DNA of 64,000 nt from the human T2T-CHM13v2.0 reference genome, Homo sapiens, in the NCBI RefSeq assembly GCF_009914755.1, contig NC_060930.1; one strand, given 5' to 3'. Made by a program: the position numbers and the translations under genes. Below are positions 48,530 to 62,900 of this stretch, one piece after another. The notes under the pieces were generated by a model. That model did not search any database and was not told where the DNA came from. It was given only the letters and a program-made list of their open reading frames with translations. Each line of letters starts with the position of its first letter. Position 1 is the stretch's first letter.

Positions 48530-49560
48530 AATTTTCTAAGTATGACACCAAATCCATAATTCATAAATGAAAAGACTAATAATTTAAAACACATAAAATA
48601 ACATTTTTGCATAGCTAAAACCACCACATGCTAAACACAAAACACAAAGAAAAAAACGGTTAAAAATATTTGCAACACATATTCCAAATGGCTACTATTT
48701 CTAAATTAAAAGGAGTCTTACAATTCCATATGTAAAAGAGCAACAACTTAATTTTAAAAGGCAATGAACAGTTTGCAGAAGAGAAAATAAAAATGGCTCT
48801 TGAACATATGACAAGATGCTAAACTTCACTCTTAAAAAAATGCAAATTAAAACAAGATGGAGATTACATTTTTTCACTTATATTGGCAACGATCAAAGAA
48901 TTAGATAACACAGTGGGCTGGTAAGAGTGAGGGAATAGGCATTCTCATACATTGCGGCTAGGAGGCTAAATCCATACAACCATTTTGGAGGGCTATTTAA
49001 CAAATCTAGTGTAATTATCAATGTCCTTACCCTCTGACCCAGCAGTTGCACTTCCAGAAATGTATCCTACAGATAGATATGTACTCACATATCTGATATG
49101 GTATTTGTACAAAGGTATGCATAGTCACATAAAAATAGCAAACGTTGGCAAACATCCAAAATCCCTATTAATATGGAAATTGTTATATAACTTTTAGTAT
49201 ATTTATATAATAGAATCAGAAAGAATAAAAATGCACTGATAAGAATGCACTAAAATGGAATGGACTCCAAGACATGATGTTTAAAAAGAGAGGGAAGGAG
49301 GGGAGGGAGGGATGGAGGGAGGGAGGGAAGGAGGAAGGGTAGGAGGGAGAGAGGGAGGGAGGAAGGAAGGAAAGAAGGAAAGAAGAAGGAAAGTGGTGTA
49401 GAAAAGTGTGTATAAAGTAGGGGTTGGGGAATGGACACACATATTTGTTGATACACACATTTGCACAAACTGTCTCCAGAAGAATCCATTAGAAATTGGT
49501 TAGTTTCTCAACTGGGGAACAATAGTGGAAGAAAGATTTGCCTTTCACTATATAGCCAAA
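48530..49560 (+). mobile_element. L1ME-like 3' end with an internal GA-rich simple repeat (~49285-49390)
   Basis: ATGCAAATTAAAACAA, CATTCTCATACATTGC, TGACCCAGCAGTTGCACTTC. Confidence 0.7.
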
Positions 49561-50623
49561 AGGTATCTTAAATTTTTTTTTTAAAAAAGAATCTATTTTT
49601 GGGCCTATAGGTTGGATTTGGCCTGTGATTTGCTAGTTTGTAATCTCATTAATGGTCATTAAGCCAAAAGGGATCATTTTATCATAAAATTGCTAACTTC
49701 CTGTTTAAATTTATCTACAACCCATATAATATTTGCATTACTCAGTCAACTTTATCCAGGTATGAACAATTATTGTGATGCAAGCGCTCTAACTTCTAAT
49801 GCCCTAAATTTTGAGTCTACTATAAAAATAAAACATTTCAGTATGTCACAGAAGAGATTATTCTGTTGCAAACTAAATTATACAGGGTTTCACTTACAAC
49901 CTGTCTACCTCTGACTTGATAACTTTATAGTGTAGATGAATTCTTTCAGACTGAAAAAAAATTTTAATCTGTCCTGTTAGAAATTCAGGGAAGAGAAAAA
50001 AAGGAAAGGTTTATTTTGCTCTATTCATTTCTCAAGAGAAATATAAGCTACATTTGCTCATATTTGGGCAAGAGTTTAAAAGCGTAAACGTTGAAAAATC
50101 ATAAGTAATCATATAAAAGAAGGAGAAAAAAACTAATCATATCTGACAGCATAATCTCAAAACAAAGTTTTTATTTTTATACCAGAAAAGTTAGGGGAAA
50201 AAACCCATCCTGTGTTGACTCCCAAATTGCTCTGTAGATTCAAGTCTCTTTTGTCAGTCTCTGAATGGTTCAAATTTCTCAGATCTGAAGGCCTTTCGAC
50301 CTTTGCAAAATGCTTATATTCCATAGACACACAATTACCTGTATGTGTCTCACTCCCAATTAAATTTGTAATGGGTTTTGACCAAACTGATACCTCCTAT
50401 TTCAAGTAATATTTAGTGCTACGTCTAAAGAACATAGTGCAAATAGTATCCACACAGTGATCTCATTTTAAAGCTTTTCTTCCCAAAAGTCCGCTTCAAC
50501 TTCTCATCATACAAGCTAAAATTACCCAAAGTCTTTATTGAACTATTTACCTATATGCTCTGGGCCATTATTTCATACAAAAGGTTTTTGGTGAAACAAG
50601 AGTATGGTCTCTTGAACTTTGCC

Positions 50624-52077
50624 TTTTAATTAGTATAAGCTCCTTGGAGGTTATAAGCTGATGGTGTGACTTCACAGCAGATAACAGAATGGACCTAAGG
50701 AACAGTACTAAAATTAAACATTCCTTCCAAATGTTTCAGGCAATCCCTAAGCCGTGAAATGCCTGCCAACCCCCTGAGAAGATCAATAGAGCAACCACTG
50801 GGCATATAAAGCAGAACCGCCCACTGGAAAGACCAGTTAATGAAAGTCCACAATGGGCAATCAGTCTACAATATAAGCACATTTGTACAGAAGAATGGAT
50901 TCCCTTTATCTGTGCCTCTAACTTTGGTAGATGGTTCAGTGAGCAATTAGGCCTGCAAAAACTAACACTCACAAGCCCCAAACTGAAAAGATGGCTTCAC
51001 ATGTATAGAATTAGATTATTATTGAGTTCTTGCCGTTAGGAATCACTTGAGTACTGATATTAAACAGGAGCATTCTAGGGTCATCTTGAATAACAAGGCT
51101 TTTTCTTTAAGAAATTCAATTCAAATCACAGACATTAAGATTGGTTTTGTGGAAAAGGTATTTGGTCTTTTACTGACCAGCACATTTATCCATGTCATTT
51201 GGTTTGCTTCATTAAATGTAATGCTCATGTATTGTACATTATTTTTAAGAGGAAAAACATACTGAAGCATTATAGGCTCTTCCTAATAAATCCATCAATG
51301 CAGTAGTGTATACTGTATCTACTTTACAATTCTATACTAGGTTAGAATCTCTCTTTCAACAGCAAGTTATTTAATCTATCAAAATAAATATCTCCTATGG
51401 TACAGTGTAATTAAATATTTTTCACAGCTGAAATTACCCAGCCCCCTCACACAGAGTTAATAGCCCTTTGTTCATACATATTGCTATGGTTTGAATATCT
51501 CCTTCAAAACTCATGTTGAAATTTAATTGCCATTGTGATGGTATTAAAAGGTGGGACTTTTAAGACATGATAAGATCAAGATATTCTGCCCTTGTGAATA
51601 GATTAATGCCATTTTCATGGGAGTGGATTAGTTATTGGGAAAGTTCAGCCTTCTTTTTCTCTCTGATGTGCTTCCTTGCAATATGATCTCATCTGCCATG
51701 TTATGAAGCAGCAAGACAGTCCCTCCAAGATGTGGCCCCTCAATCTTGGACTTTCCAGCCTCCAGCACTGTGAGCCAAATAAATTTGTCTTTAATGAATT
51801 ACCCTGTCTGTGCTATTCTGTTATAGTAGCAGAAAAGGGACTAAGTCAGAAAATTGTTATCCAGAAATGGGGCTGTTGCTATCACAAATACCTGAAAATG
51901 TAGAAGTGGTTTTAGAACTGTGTAATGGGTAGAGGCTAGAAGAATTTGGAGAAGCAGGCATTTCACAGCTTAAACATTTGGAAGGAATGTTTAATTTTAG
52001 CACTGTTTCTTAGGTCCATTCTATTATCTGCTATGAAGTCACACCATCAGCCTCCAAGGAGCTTATACTAATTAAAA
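50624..52077. repeat. Inverted repeat pair: 50624-50766 and 51954-52077
   Basis: By-hand alignment of the reverse complement: 124 aligned nt, 5 substitutions, indels of 12 and 7 nt. Confidence 0.95.
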
Positions 52078-52197
52078 ACCTAGATTGCTGCAAGTGGAGC
52101 AATAAGAGCGACTCTTGTAAGGGCTCAGAAGAAGAAAAGAGCTGTAGGGAAAGTACTCTTAGAGAGTGCTTGAGTAGTAGTGATCAGAATGTTAGTA

Positions 52198-52693
52198 CAG
52201 GTTGAGTATCCCTTATCCAAAATGCTTGGGACCAGAAGCATTTCAGGTTTTGAAATTTTTTTGGAGTATTTGCATATACATAATGAGGTATCTTGGGGTT
52301 AGGACCCAAGTCTAAACATGAAATTTATTTATGCTTTATATACACTTAATACATATACCCTGAAATAATTTTATATAATATTTTAAATAATTTGGAGCAT
52401 GAAACAAAATTTATTTACATTAAACTATTGTATTACCCTTTGTGGGTGTGCTTTTGTGAGGGAATCTGGGTATGACAAGAAAAAATATATTGCAGATGAA
52501 GGGGACTGGGAGGGTCTTTTATCCCTAAGGATGCTGAATAAACCATGTGTCGTGCACCTCAGTTTTGACTGCAACCCTTCACATGAGGTTAGGTGTGAAA
52601 TTTTCCACTTGTGGCATCATGTTGTTATCCAAAAAGTTTTGAACTTTGGAGCATTTCAGATTTTGGACTTTTGGCTTAGGGTTACTTAACCAG
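52198..52693. mobile_element. Tigger4 (Zombi)-family non-autonomous DNA transposon
   Basis: TIRs CAGGTTGAGTATCCCTTATCCAAAA / TTTTGGCTTAGGGTTACTTAACCAG, TA on both sides. Confidence 0.85.
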
Positions 52694-54112
52694 TAGAAAT
52701 ATGAAAAGTAAAGGCCAGTATGGCTAGATCTCAGGGGGAAATGAGGAACGAGGTATTGGAAATTGGAGTAAAGGCCATTCTTTTTATATAGTTGCTAGGA
52801 CCTTGGCTGAATTACGTTCATGCCTGAGGGCTTGATGAGCTAGGATACCTGGTAGAAGAAATACCTAAGCAGCAAAGCATTCAGGCTGCTGTGTGGCTAC
52901 TTTTAACCACATACAGTGAGATGCAAAATGAAGAAAATGATTAAAGATGGAATTTATAATAATAAAAAAATAGAACACAAAGATTTAAAAAACTTACGCC
53001 TGGCCATGTAAAGAGTGAAAAGGCATCTTTAGGAGAGCAAACCAAGAGTGTGGCCAAGCAACTATTTGCTAAAGAGATAGCCATGGTTAGAAGGGAGCCA
53101 AGTATCTTCATAAAGACAATGGGGAAAAGATCCCAAAGGTATTTCAAAAGATCTCTGAAGCTGTCCCTCCCACCACAGGCCCAGAGAGCAGAATGTTTTC
53201 CTGGGGACCCTCCATGGACCCACTACCCAGATCCAACTCAGGATCCACACAGTGCTCCTCAACTGCCCCATCTGTGGCTCGGGTGAGCCCAGCTGTGACT
53301 CTACCTGCCACTCCAGAAGGTTCAAGCCATAAATGCTTAGCAATACCCATGTGATGCTAATTCTGCAGAAGCACAGAATGCAAGAGTTGCGGAGGCTTAG
53401 CAGCCTCCATGCAGACTTCAAACAGTTTCACAGATAGCCTGGGGGCCCAGGAAGAGACTTGTCACAGGGGCAGAACCATCACAGAGAGTCCCAGCTAGGG
53501 TAATGCTGAGTAGAAATGTGAGGTCAGAGCCACCACAAAAAGAGTCCCCCTGGGGCAATGCCTAGTAGAGCCATGGAAGTGGGACCAACCCAAGACCACA
53601 GAAGTGTAGGGCCACCAGTGTGCAACTCCAGCACAGGAGAGCTGCAAAGCACAAGATGCCAATCCATGAGAGCTGCTGGGTGGACTGAGCTTGGCGAGAC
53701 CACAGGGATGGGGCTTCCTAAGGCTTTGGGTACCCAGTTGTCTGTAAGCCACCCCTCCACCACCAGTGTGCCCAAGTTGTGGGACATAGAATCAAAGGAG
53801 ATTATTCTACAGCTTTAAGATGTGATTTTTACCCCTGTTGGAATTTTGGCTTAGTTGGAACCAGTTACCCCTCTTTTCTTACATATTTCTCCCTTTTGGA
53901 ATGGGAATGTCTATTTATGCCTGTCCCACCAATATATTTTGAAAATAGATAACTCATTTAATTTCACAGGCTCACAGCTGGAGGGAATTTGTCTCAGGAT
54001 GAATCATGCCTTGAGTTTCACACAAATCTGATTTAGATGGGACTCTAAACTTTGGACTTTTAAATCTGTGCTGGAATAACTTAAGACTTTTGGGGCTATT
54101 AGGATAGAATGA

Positions 54113-54441
<329 letters not shown>

Positions 54442-54561
54442 AGAATGAATATATTTTGTATGTGAGAAGGATGTGAGTGTGGGGGGACCAGGGATAGAAT
54501 GCTGTGGTTTGAATGTCCCTTCCAAAATTCAAGTTGAAATCTAATTGCCATTATGATGGCT

Positions 54562-54837
54562 CAGTAGCCCCCTTATCCTCAGACAATATATTCCAAGGCC
54601 CTCAGTGGATGCCTGAAATCATGGATGGTGCCAAACCCTATATATACTGTTTTTTCCTATACATACATACCAAAGATAAAGCTTAATTTATAAATTACTC
54701 ACAGTAAGATGAATAATAACTAATAAAAATAGGACAATTATAAAATACTATAATAAAAGTTGTATGAATGTGATCTCTCTCAAAATATTGTAACTAGAAC
54801 CACAGAAAGTGAAACCAGCTATAAGGGGGGACTACTA
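54562..54837 (-). mobile_element. MER44/Tigger7-family MITE inserted in the 3' LTR
   Basis: TIRs CAGTAGCCCCCTTAT / ATAAGGGGGGACTACT; CAGTGGATGCCTGAAA motif. Confidence 0.8.
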
Positions 54838-55190
54838 TATTAAGAGATGAGACCTTTAAGAGGTGATTAGGTCATGACACCTCCATCATCATGAATGGAT
54901 TAATGCCATTACCATGGGAGTGGGTTAGTTATTATGGGAATTTGACCCTCTTTTCCTCTCTGTCTCTCTCACATGCACCTCCTTGCCATGTGACGCCATC
55001 CACGACATTATGACACAGCAAGAAGGCCCTCATCAGATTTGGACCCCTTATCGTGGACCTCCCAGCCACCAGATTCATGAGCCAAATAAATCTCTTTTGT
55101 TTACAAGTTACCCAATCTGTAGTATTCTGTTATAGCAGCAGAAAATAGACTAAGACACATATATCATACTCCTTCTCACATTTTCAATAG

Positions 55191-55273
55191 GTGCTGTTGT
55201 TGACAGATCTTCTGTTCTCACCAGATTGGGACCCTCCTGTTGAGAGTGGAGAACAGATCTTCTTTATCTTCAA
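55191..55273 (+). other. Candidate 83-nt exon
   Basis: CTCCTTCTCACATTTTCAATAG| acceptor and CAA|GTAAGC donor. No transcript evidence. Confidence 0.3.
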
Positions 55274-58200
55274 GTAAGCTCCAATGACTTTCACAGAGCC
55301 TCCCACATTATAGATGAATGAATAATGAAAACTTGTAGCCAGAGGTTTGTAGTCTTCTCGCTTCTGCCTAATCCCCACAGCAGCACTGTGATGTGGGTGG
55401 CAACGCAGAGGGGGTGGAATGTTGAAGCACTTAATTTCCCCTGAGTGCCTCTCAATCTCACAGTCATAGTTCTCTTTTTCCTCTTAAGTTCTATTGCAAT
55501 TGTAACTTCTAGATTCACAATATAACTCTCTTCTGAATGTGGCAGGTGCTGCAAAAGAATGGCAATTAAGATCCATTGCAGTTCAATGCAGAAACAGGCA
55601 GCCTGTGGCAATGAAATTACCAAGTGGCACATGAAGTCCCTAGTGGTGACACTCTCACACTACCTACTGCATAGCCCTCTTTTATTTGTGCCTCACACAG
55701 CCCCTCCTCTCTCCCTTCCTCTGGTTCTACTCCGATCCTCTTTTTTCTTCCCTCACTTAGCTATTTCAATTTCCCTGCTTGCACTCACAATGGCCCATGA
55801 GCTAAAAATATTGCTGGGCAGGGATAGAAAATACTCGGCGAAGGGCCACCATTCTTGTCTCACTTGCCTAGGACAAGTCATTAGTTGATTTTGAAGACTC
55901 TTACTTGCAATCTCAAAATCCTAAAACATGGCTAGAGACAGCCACCACCAATTAATAAGAGTGGACATGGAAGATGGCACCTATTGCAACCTCTAGGGAA
56001 TTTTTATCCTCCTGGCAGTAGAAAGTATTAACTTAAGCCTCAGTATTGAACTGGAAAAAAAAGATTTCCTTTTTTTATTTCTTGCCCCTTCTGCCACTGT
56101 GATTGACTGGTAGTGGCTCTTCTGGAGCACTGTTTAAGGTGATCAAGAGATAGCATTCTGGCCCAACAAGAATTAGTGCTATTATGCATTAGTAATGTCT
56201 TACTAAGCAATCAGGAATACAGAGTGGCAATATACACGCTATATATTTGCCCTATCTGCCTTACTCTCTCATTTGATAAGTTACTATTCCAATATCCTCA
56301 ATGCAACCAACAGGGCTCGCAAAGTTTATTTAGTTCATTCAACAATTAACTGAACTTGAATATGAGTTCATTAGATTTGAGTATAAGCCCAGCACAATGC
56401 TAGGCACTGGACACAGAAAGATAACTAAACACATCATTAATCTCAGGCAACAAATAAAGTCTAGTTTCTAACAAACACAATATGCCATTTGAACTTAAAA
56501 ACAACCAATAGACAATATTGCCCATGTTCTTAAAGTTTAAGAAAAGGACTTGCATTCAAATAGAACCATTTTTTTATGACTAATCTTAACCTTGGCTTTG
56601 CAAAAGCTAAGCAAGCCACAAATATTTGCAGGAAATTCCCTAAAGTTTCCTGTTATATTTAAAAGGAGGTGAGGGTCCCTGATGTAAGTTCAAATAATTA
56701 AATATTGAATGCTGCCACTCCAAAGTGTTTGAGAATTTCTGGATTGCATGTGTGTTGTATGTGATACCAGTAACAATAGTTGAAATTAGAACAAACATGG
56801 AGAAAATAATAGACTAAAGCAATATAATTCCCCACAGATATAAGAATACACCATACAAACACTAACTTTCCATAATGATCAATTCAGAAGAGTTGCGACA
56901 AACACAGAAACTGTGACACTGATGCATGATGGGAGTAACAACTTGTTGTCTGTGTTAAAGAAGAGCTGTTTCCCTGCTAAAGAATGCAACTTGAGAACAG
57001 AGGCAGCAGCAGGGCAAAGACAACAGATCAGAATAGAGTACATATAATTTAGCCTTCTGAGTTGAATCATCGTCTGCCATCAGTCTCCTCTCCTCTCTTA
57101 TCAGTCATGGTGGTTTCAAGCCCACCACCCTCCAGAGCATTAGGCTGCTGCTGTTTTTTTAGATCTCAAAATTTTGTTTGCCTCTGACATCTATTATATC
57201 AATACACTTTTAGTTTTGTTTGTTTACTTGCTTGGGCTACATTTGTATATAGGTTTCAGAACAGTCTCCAAGCTTTTAAGTTTTGAACTAGATATATGCA
57301 ATATATTAAATATATAATTTTTAACTAGATACATCCCAATATGAAATTGGAAGATAGTGTATTTTCCTCCAAACTAGCCAAAATAATCCAATAATTGGTC
57401 TATTTTTCAGCTGCTGTTTTCTACTCAAAGGTGAAGCAAGTACCCATCCACCCAATCATCCCCAATCATTGAAGTAAAACAGATCCACATGACAGATAAA
57501 CATATTCACTGGAAATATATATATCAAGGTGTGATCTATAGACTGCCCACCTCAAAATCTACCTGAGAAACATTAAAATGAGGATTTCTAGAGCTAACAA
57601 GAGCCCCCAAATCTGTATTTTAGCAAACCCACTAGATGATTTCTAAAGGGACTGAAGTATGAGGAGCTCTACCATTCTAGGGTAACTGCCTCCATGGCAG
57701 AAGGCTTTTCCCATCTAATCCCTAAAATATATCAGTCAAACTAGTCACATCTGTGCAGAAGTATTAGGGTAATTCAAAGTCCAAACCACTGGAAATTTTC
57801 CTAAGGTTGTCATGAGGAGCCTGCCCTCAGTCTAATAGGCCTAGAATAGTCCTGTTCTCTGAGTGCACAAAGCATCTGGAAGCCATGTATGCCAGTGATG
57901 GAGTGAGTCTAGAACTGCTTACGCATTGGGTAAAAATCTCTGAACCTCATATAGGTCTCCTCCTAGCCAGGTGCCCACCTTCACTGAACAGGCAGTGCCT
58001 CTGGCCACCTGCCTTGCTATTATTTATTGACTGATACTACTGGCTCAGAAGGGCAGCTGCAAGTGAGTCACAGAGGGATTTTTGCAGCATCTCTGGCTGG
58101 TGCTGCTCAAAGACAAGCACCCATAAATCCTCTGGTTGCCATCGATCAACGGCAGACACAACACAAAATACTACCCAGGCAAGTTTAAAGTTCAAACATG

Positions 58201-59309
58201 GCTACTGAGAGGGACAGCAAGGCCATATGCTGATTCCCCAGTTCCTTTTTAAGAAAGGAGAGCTCAGAGATAAATACAGAAAATCATTCTCTTACTATTT
58301 TCAAATATCTAACCTTTAACTTTGTTTAACTTCAATAATTGCCTGAGTTGAGACTGCTTCTAAAGACAAGTTCAAGTTGAATACTAAGTTCCCCACTTGA
58401 TTTTATTCAGTATACATTTCCTTTTAGAGCAGTTATTTTGATTCAGACACACTTGATTCACATCATACATTATAACACAAAAAAAAGCCCCCATGCTAAT
58501 GCTGGTATAGAATAAAAACACTTGAATTTGTGAATTCCGGAAGAATTTGTAAGCCTCCTGGTACTTGTATTATGCTTCCAGCAAATATACTTCTACCAAG
58601 GGCATGCAGAACATGACTTTGTACAGAGATATTACTTTGTACAGGACCACACATGCATGAAAGACCAGAACAGAGAAAGAACTGAAAACTCAGAGACAAA
58701 GATAACTGGAAATTATCTATTCTACAGTCCTCATTTTGCATTTAAAGAAGGCGGATTCTCTGGAGTGAACTCAAAGTTTCCTTCCAGCCCTGAAATCGGT
58801 TTTTGCTTCATACAGCAGAGGTTCCTGGTGCCCAGAATGATCACTTCACCAATCAGGGTTCCTATATCTGACCACGGCTTCCTATGGCAGCCCTTCCTAA
58901 GGGTTCCCGTATCTCCCTTTTCTGGCCACAGAACATACTGAGTTTATGCATAAGTAGAAAGAAGGCGCTGGAAAGTTAATTCTGCATACCAGCTCTCAGC
59001 TAATGACAGAAGAAGTTAGATTATTAACCAGCTTCTGACCCTCAGGTGGGACAACCCTGAAGTGTGCTTTACACCATCTCTCAGAGGTCGGGTACAGTGC
59101 CTGCTGACACACCCTGTGGGAGCTTCCCTGACCCACTTCACTTTCCCACCAGTGTCCACTGAATACTTACCCCTACTGGCACTCAAATCCTGGCCTTGGA
59201 GTGTTCTTCTGGGAGAGTCCACCCTAACACAAAAGGTCCCAAACCTATGGCAGAAAGGGAAGACCATACTGGTTTGGTTTTGCATATTTTAAGGATATTT
59301 AAAGAAAAT

Positions 59310-59650
59310 AGTTGGGAGCAGTGGTTCAAGACTATAATCCTAGCACTTTGGGAGGCCACAGGAGGAGGATCACTTGAACCCAGGAGTTCAAGAACAATCT
59401 GGGCAGCAAAGCAAGATCCTGCCTCTACAAAAAAAATTAAAATTTTTAAACTTCTAAAATAAATAAATAAATAAAAATTAGCAGGCAATGTGGCCTTGCA
59501 CCTGTTGTCCTAGCTACTCAGAAAACTGAAACAGGAGTATGGCTTAAGCCCAGGTGTTTAAGGCTGCAGTGAGCTATGATCATGCCACTGCACTCCAGCC
59601 TGGGCAACAGAACAAGACTTTGTCTCCAAAAAAAAAAAAAAAAAAAAAAA
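59310..59650 (+). mobile_element. AluJ
   Basis: GGAGGATCACTTGAACCCAGGAGTTC, GGCTGCAGTGAGCTATGATC, expanded A-rich linker, poly(A) tail. Confidence 0.93.
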
Positions 59651-59959
59651 GATAACTTTATTAGATCATGTCATGGGAACCTAGAAGAGTAAGTAAACAG
59701 TCTGTTTCAAACAGTTTAAGACATATTCATCCAATTCTTAACAAGAGCCAAGTTTTCAGAACCTTTGTTTCAATTCAATCAGACAGTTATTCAGAACTGA
59801 ATATCAATCAGGCTCAAAACTGATTTAACAAGCAATTTTGAGGTAAAACTAAAAAAATCAACCATATTTGTTCAAAAGCCAAAAGTAGTATTTGGCATAC
59901 TTGCCTTATGAAATGAGGACAAAACATAACAATTCTGTAAATATCTTCAGAATTAGGAG

Positions 59960-62900
59960 GACAGACAAGGAAAGATGACTGAAGAGAAGCCTCCAGTAAT
60001 CATCCTCCCCTCAAAAACACCAAATTGAACAACTATTCACACAAAAATCACCTTAATAAGAACCAAAATCAGGTGAGTGATTACAGCACCGGGTTTGAAC
60101 ATCATATTAAGGAAAGAGGCACTGAAGAGGGTAGGAAAGTCTTGAATTGCCAATACCACCCCTCTCCTATTCCCTGGTAGTGGCCTCATGACACAGAGAG
60201 AGAATCTGTGCATTCAGAGGAGGGAGAGTGCAGAGCTTGTCGGAATTTGCACTGGAACTCAGTGCTGCCCTGTCATGGCAGAAAGCAATACTGAGCAGAA
60301 TTCAGCCAGCTGAAAACAACATTTAGACCAGCCCTGGGCAGAGAGGAATCATCCATCCCAGTGGTTAGAACCTGAGTTCTGGCAAGCCCTGCCACCATGG
60401 GCTAAAGAGCTCTGAGGTGCTAAATGAACTTGAAAGGCAGTTTAAGCCATAAGGACTGCAATTCCTGAGCAAGTCCTGGTGCTATGCTTGGATCAGAGCC
60501 AGTGGACTTGGGGTGCATACAACCTAGTGAGACTCTAGCCAAGGCAGCCAAGGGAGTGTTTGTGTCACCCCTCCTCCAACCTCAGGCAGCACAGCTCACA
60601 GCTCCAGAACAGACTCTTTCTTTCTGCTTGAGGAGAGGAGAGGGGAGAGTAAAGAAGACTTTGTCTTACAATTTGGATACTGGCTCAGCCACAGTAGAAT
60701 AGGGCGCCCATCAAAGTCCTAAGGCCCCATTCCAGCACCTAGCTGCCAGATAACATTTCTAGACACCCTGGGCCAGAAAGTAACCTGCTGCCTTGAAGGG
60801 AAGGATGCAGTTGTGGCAGGATTCATCACCCGCTGACTAAAGAGCACTTGGGCCCTGAATACTCAGCAGTGGTAGCCAGGTAATACTCACCACAGAACTT
60901 GCGTGAGACTCAGAGCTGTGTTGCCTTCAGTTATGACCCACCACATTCCTACTTGTAGTGGCTATGGGGAGATACCCTTTCTGCTTGAAGAAAGGAGAGG
61001 GAAGAGTAAAGGAAACTTCATCTTACAGTTTGGGTACCAACATGGCCACAGTGCAGTACAAAACCAAGTGGGTTTCTGGGGTCTCTTATTCCAGGCCTTA
61101 ATTCCTGAAACTGCTGTGAGCCAGAGGGATGCCCACTGCCCTGAAAGGAAAAACCCAGACCCAGAAGCATTCACCACAAGCTGATGGAATAGCCCTTGGG
61201 CCTTAAGTGATCATCAACAACAGCCAGGCAGTACTCACTGCAGGCCTGGGGTAGTGGTGATCATGAGGAGAAACTCTTCTGTTTGTGGAAAGGAGATGGA
61301 AGAATGGGAAGGATTTTGTCTTCAGGGTTTGGGTATAAGCTCAGCCACAGTAGAATACAGCACTAGGTAGATGCAAAAGTTTTCCAAATCCAGGCCCTGG
61401 CTCCTGGATGGCAACTCTTAACCTGCCTGGAGCTGGGAGAACCTCGCCTCCATGAAGGGAAGAACACAAGCCTGACTGTATTCACCACCTGTTGTTTGTA
61501 GAGCCCTAGAGCCTTAAGAGAACATAGGTGGTAGCCAGTCAGTGGTCACTGTGGGGCCTTGGGAGAGACCCAGTGCTGTGCTGGCTTTGGGTCTGACCCA
61601 GCACAGTCCCACTGGTGGTAGCCACACCAGTGCTTGTGTCACTCCTCTCCCACCTCCAGACAGCTCAGCACAGAGAGAGAGACTCCATTTGTTTGGGTGA
61701 AAGGAAGGGAGGAGAATAAGAATCTCTGCATGGTAATCCAAGGAACTCTTCCAGATCTTACCCAAAACCACCAAGGTGATACCTCTTCAAGTCTGCAAGA
61801 AGCACAGCATTACTGGGCTTGGGATGCCCACTAATGAATATATGGCTCCATTGAGCAAACATGAAGATGATAACACTCAAGTCCCTTCAAATATCTGGAA
61901 AGCCTTCTCAAGAAGGATGGGTACAAACAAAGTTAGATTGCAAAGACTACATACAATAAATACCTAACTCACCAATCCCCAGACACCAATAAACATCCAC
62001 AAGCATTAAGACCATCCAGGAAAACTTGACCTCACCAAATGAACTAAATAAATAAGGCACTGGTGATCAATCCCAGAGACAGAGATATGTGACCTTTCAG
62101 AAAATTCTAAATAGCAGTTTGAGGAAATTCAGCAAAATGTAAGATAACACACAGAAGGAATTCAGAATCCTATCAGATAAATTTAACAAAAAGGTTGAAA
62201 TAATTAAAAAGAATCAAACAGAAATTCTGGAGCTGAAAAATGCAATGACATATGGAAGAATGCATCAGAGTCTCTTAAGAGCAGAACTAATCAAGCACAA
62301 GAAAGAATTAGTGAGCTTAAAGATAGGCTATTTGAAAATGCACAGTCAGAGGAGACAAAAGAAAAGATAATAAAAGAGAATGAAACATGCCTACAAGATC
62401 TAGGAAATAGCTTCAAAGGGGCAAATCTAAGAGTTACTGGCCTTAACCCATTTCCCGTTTGCCCATAAATACTCTTGTCTCTAATCCTAATGTAATATCA
62501 TATACATTTCTGTTACATTAGGATTAGAGACAAGTTCTATTTAGAAATAACTCCAAGAACAGTTTTTATATTTTATTTTTACATTGTAAATCAGTCAGAT
62601 TTGTTTCAGCCTCAAAGAGTATGTTGATATAAAATTAAATGAGCACTTGGCAGCAAGCTGCACTTTTTTTTCCTAAACAGGTAATAGGTTAAAGAGGAGA
62701 TTGAGAAACAGATCAGGGGAGAAAGTTTATTCAAAAGGATAATAAGAGAGAACATCTCAAACCGAGAAACATATCAATATTCAAGTACAAGAAGGTCATA
62801 AAACACCAAGCAGATTTAACCCAAATAAGGCTACCTCAAGACACTTAATAATCAAATTCCCATAGGTCAAGGATAAAGAAAGTATCCTAAAATCAGCAAG

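Noticed and set aside
55203-55263. Hairpin as a pre-miRNA
   Set aside because: Only ~14 bp of bulged stem with a large loop.
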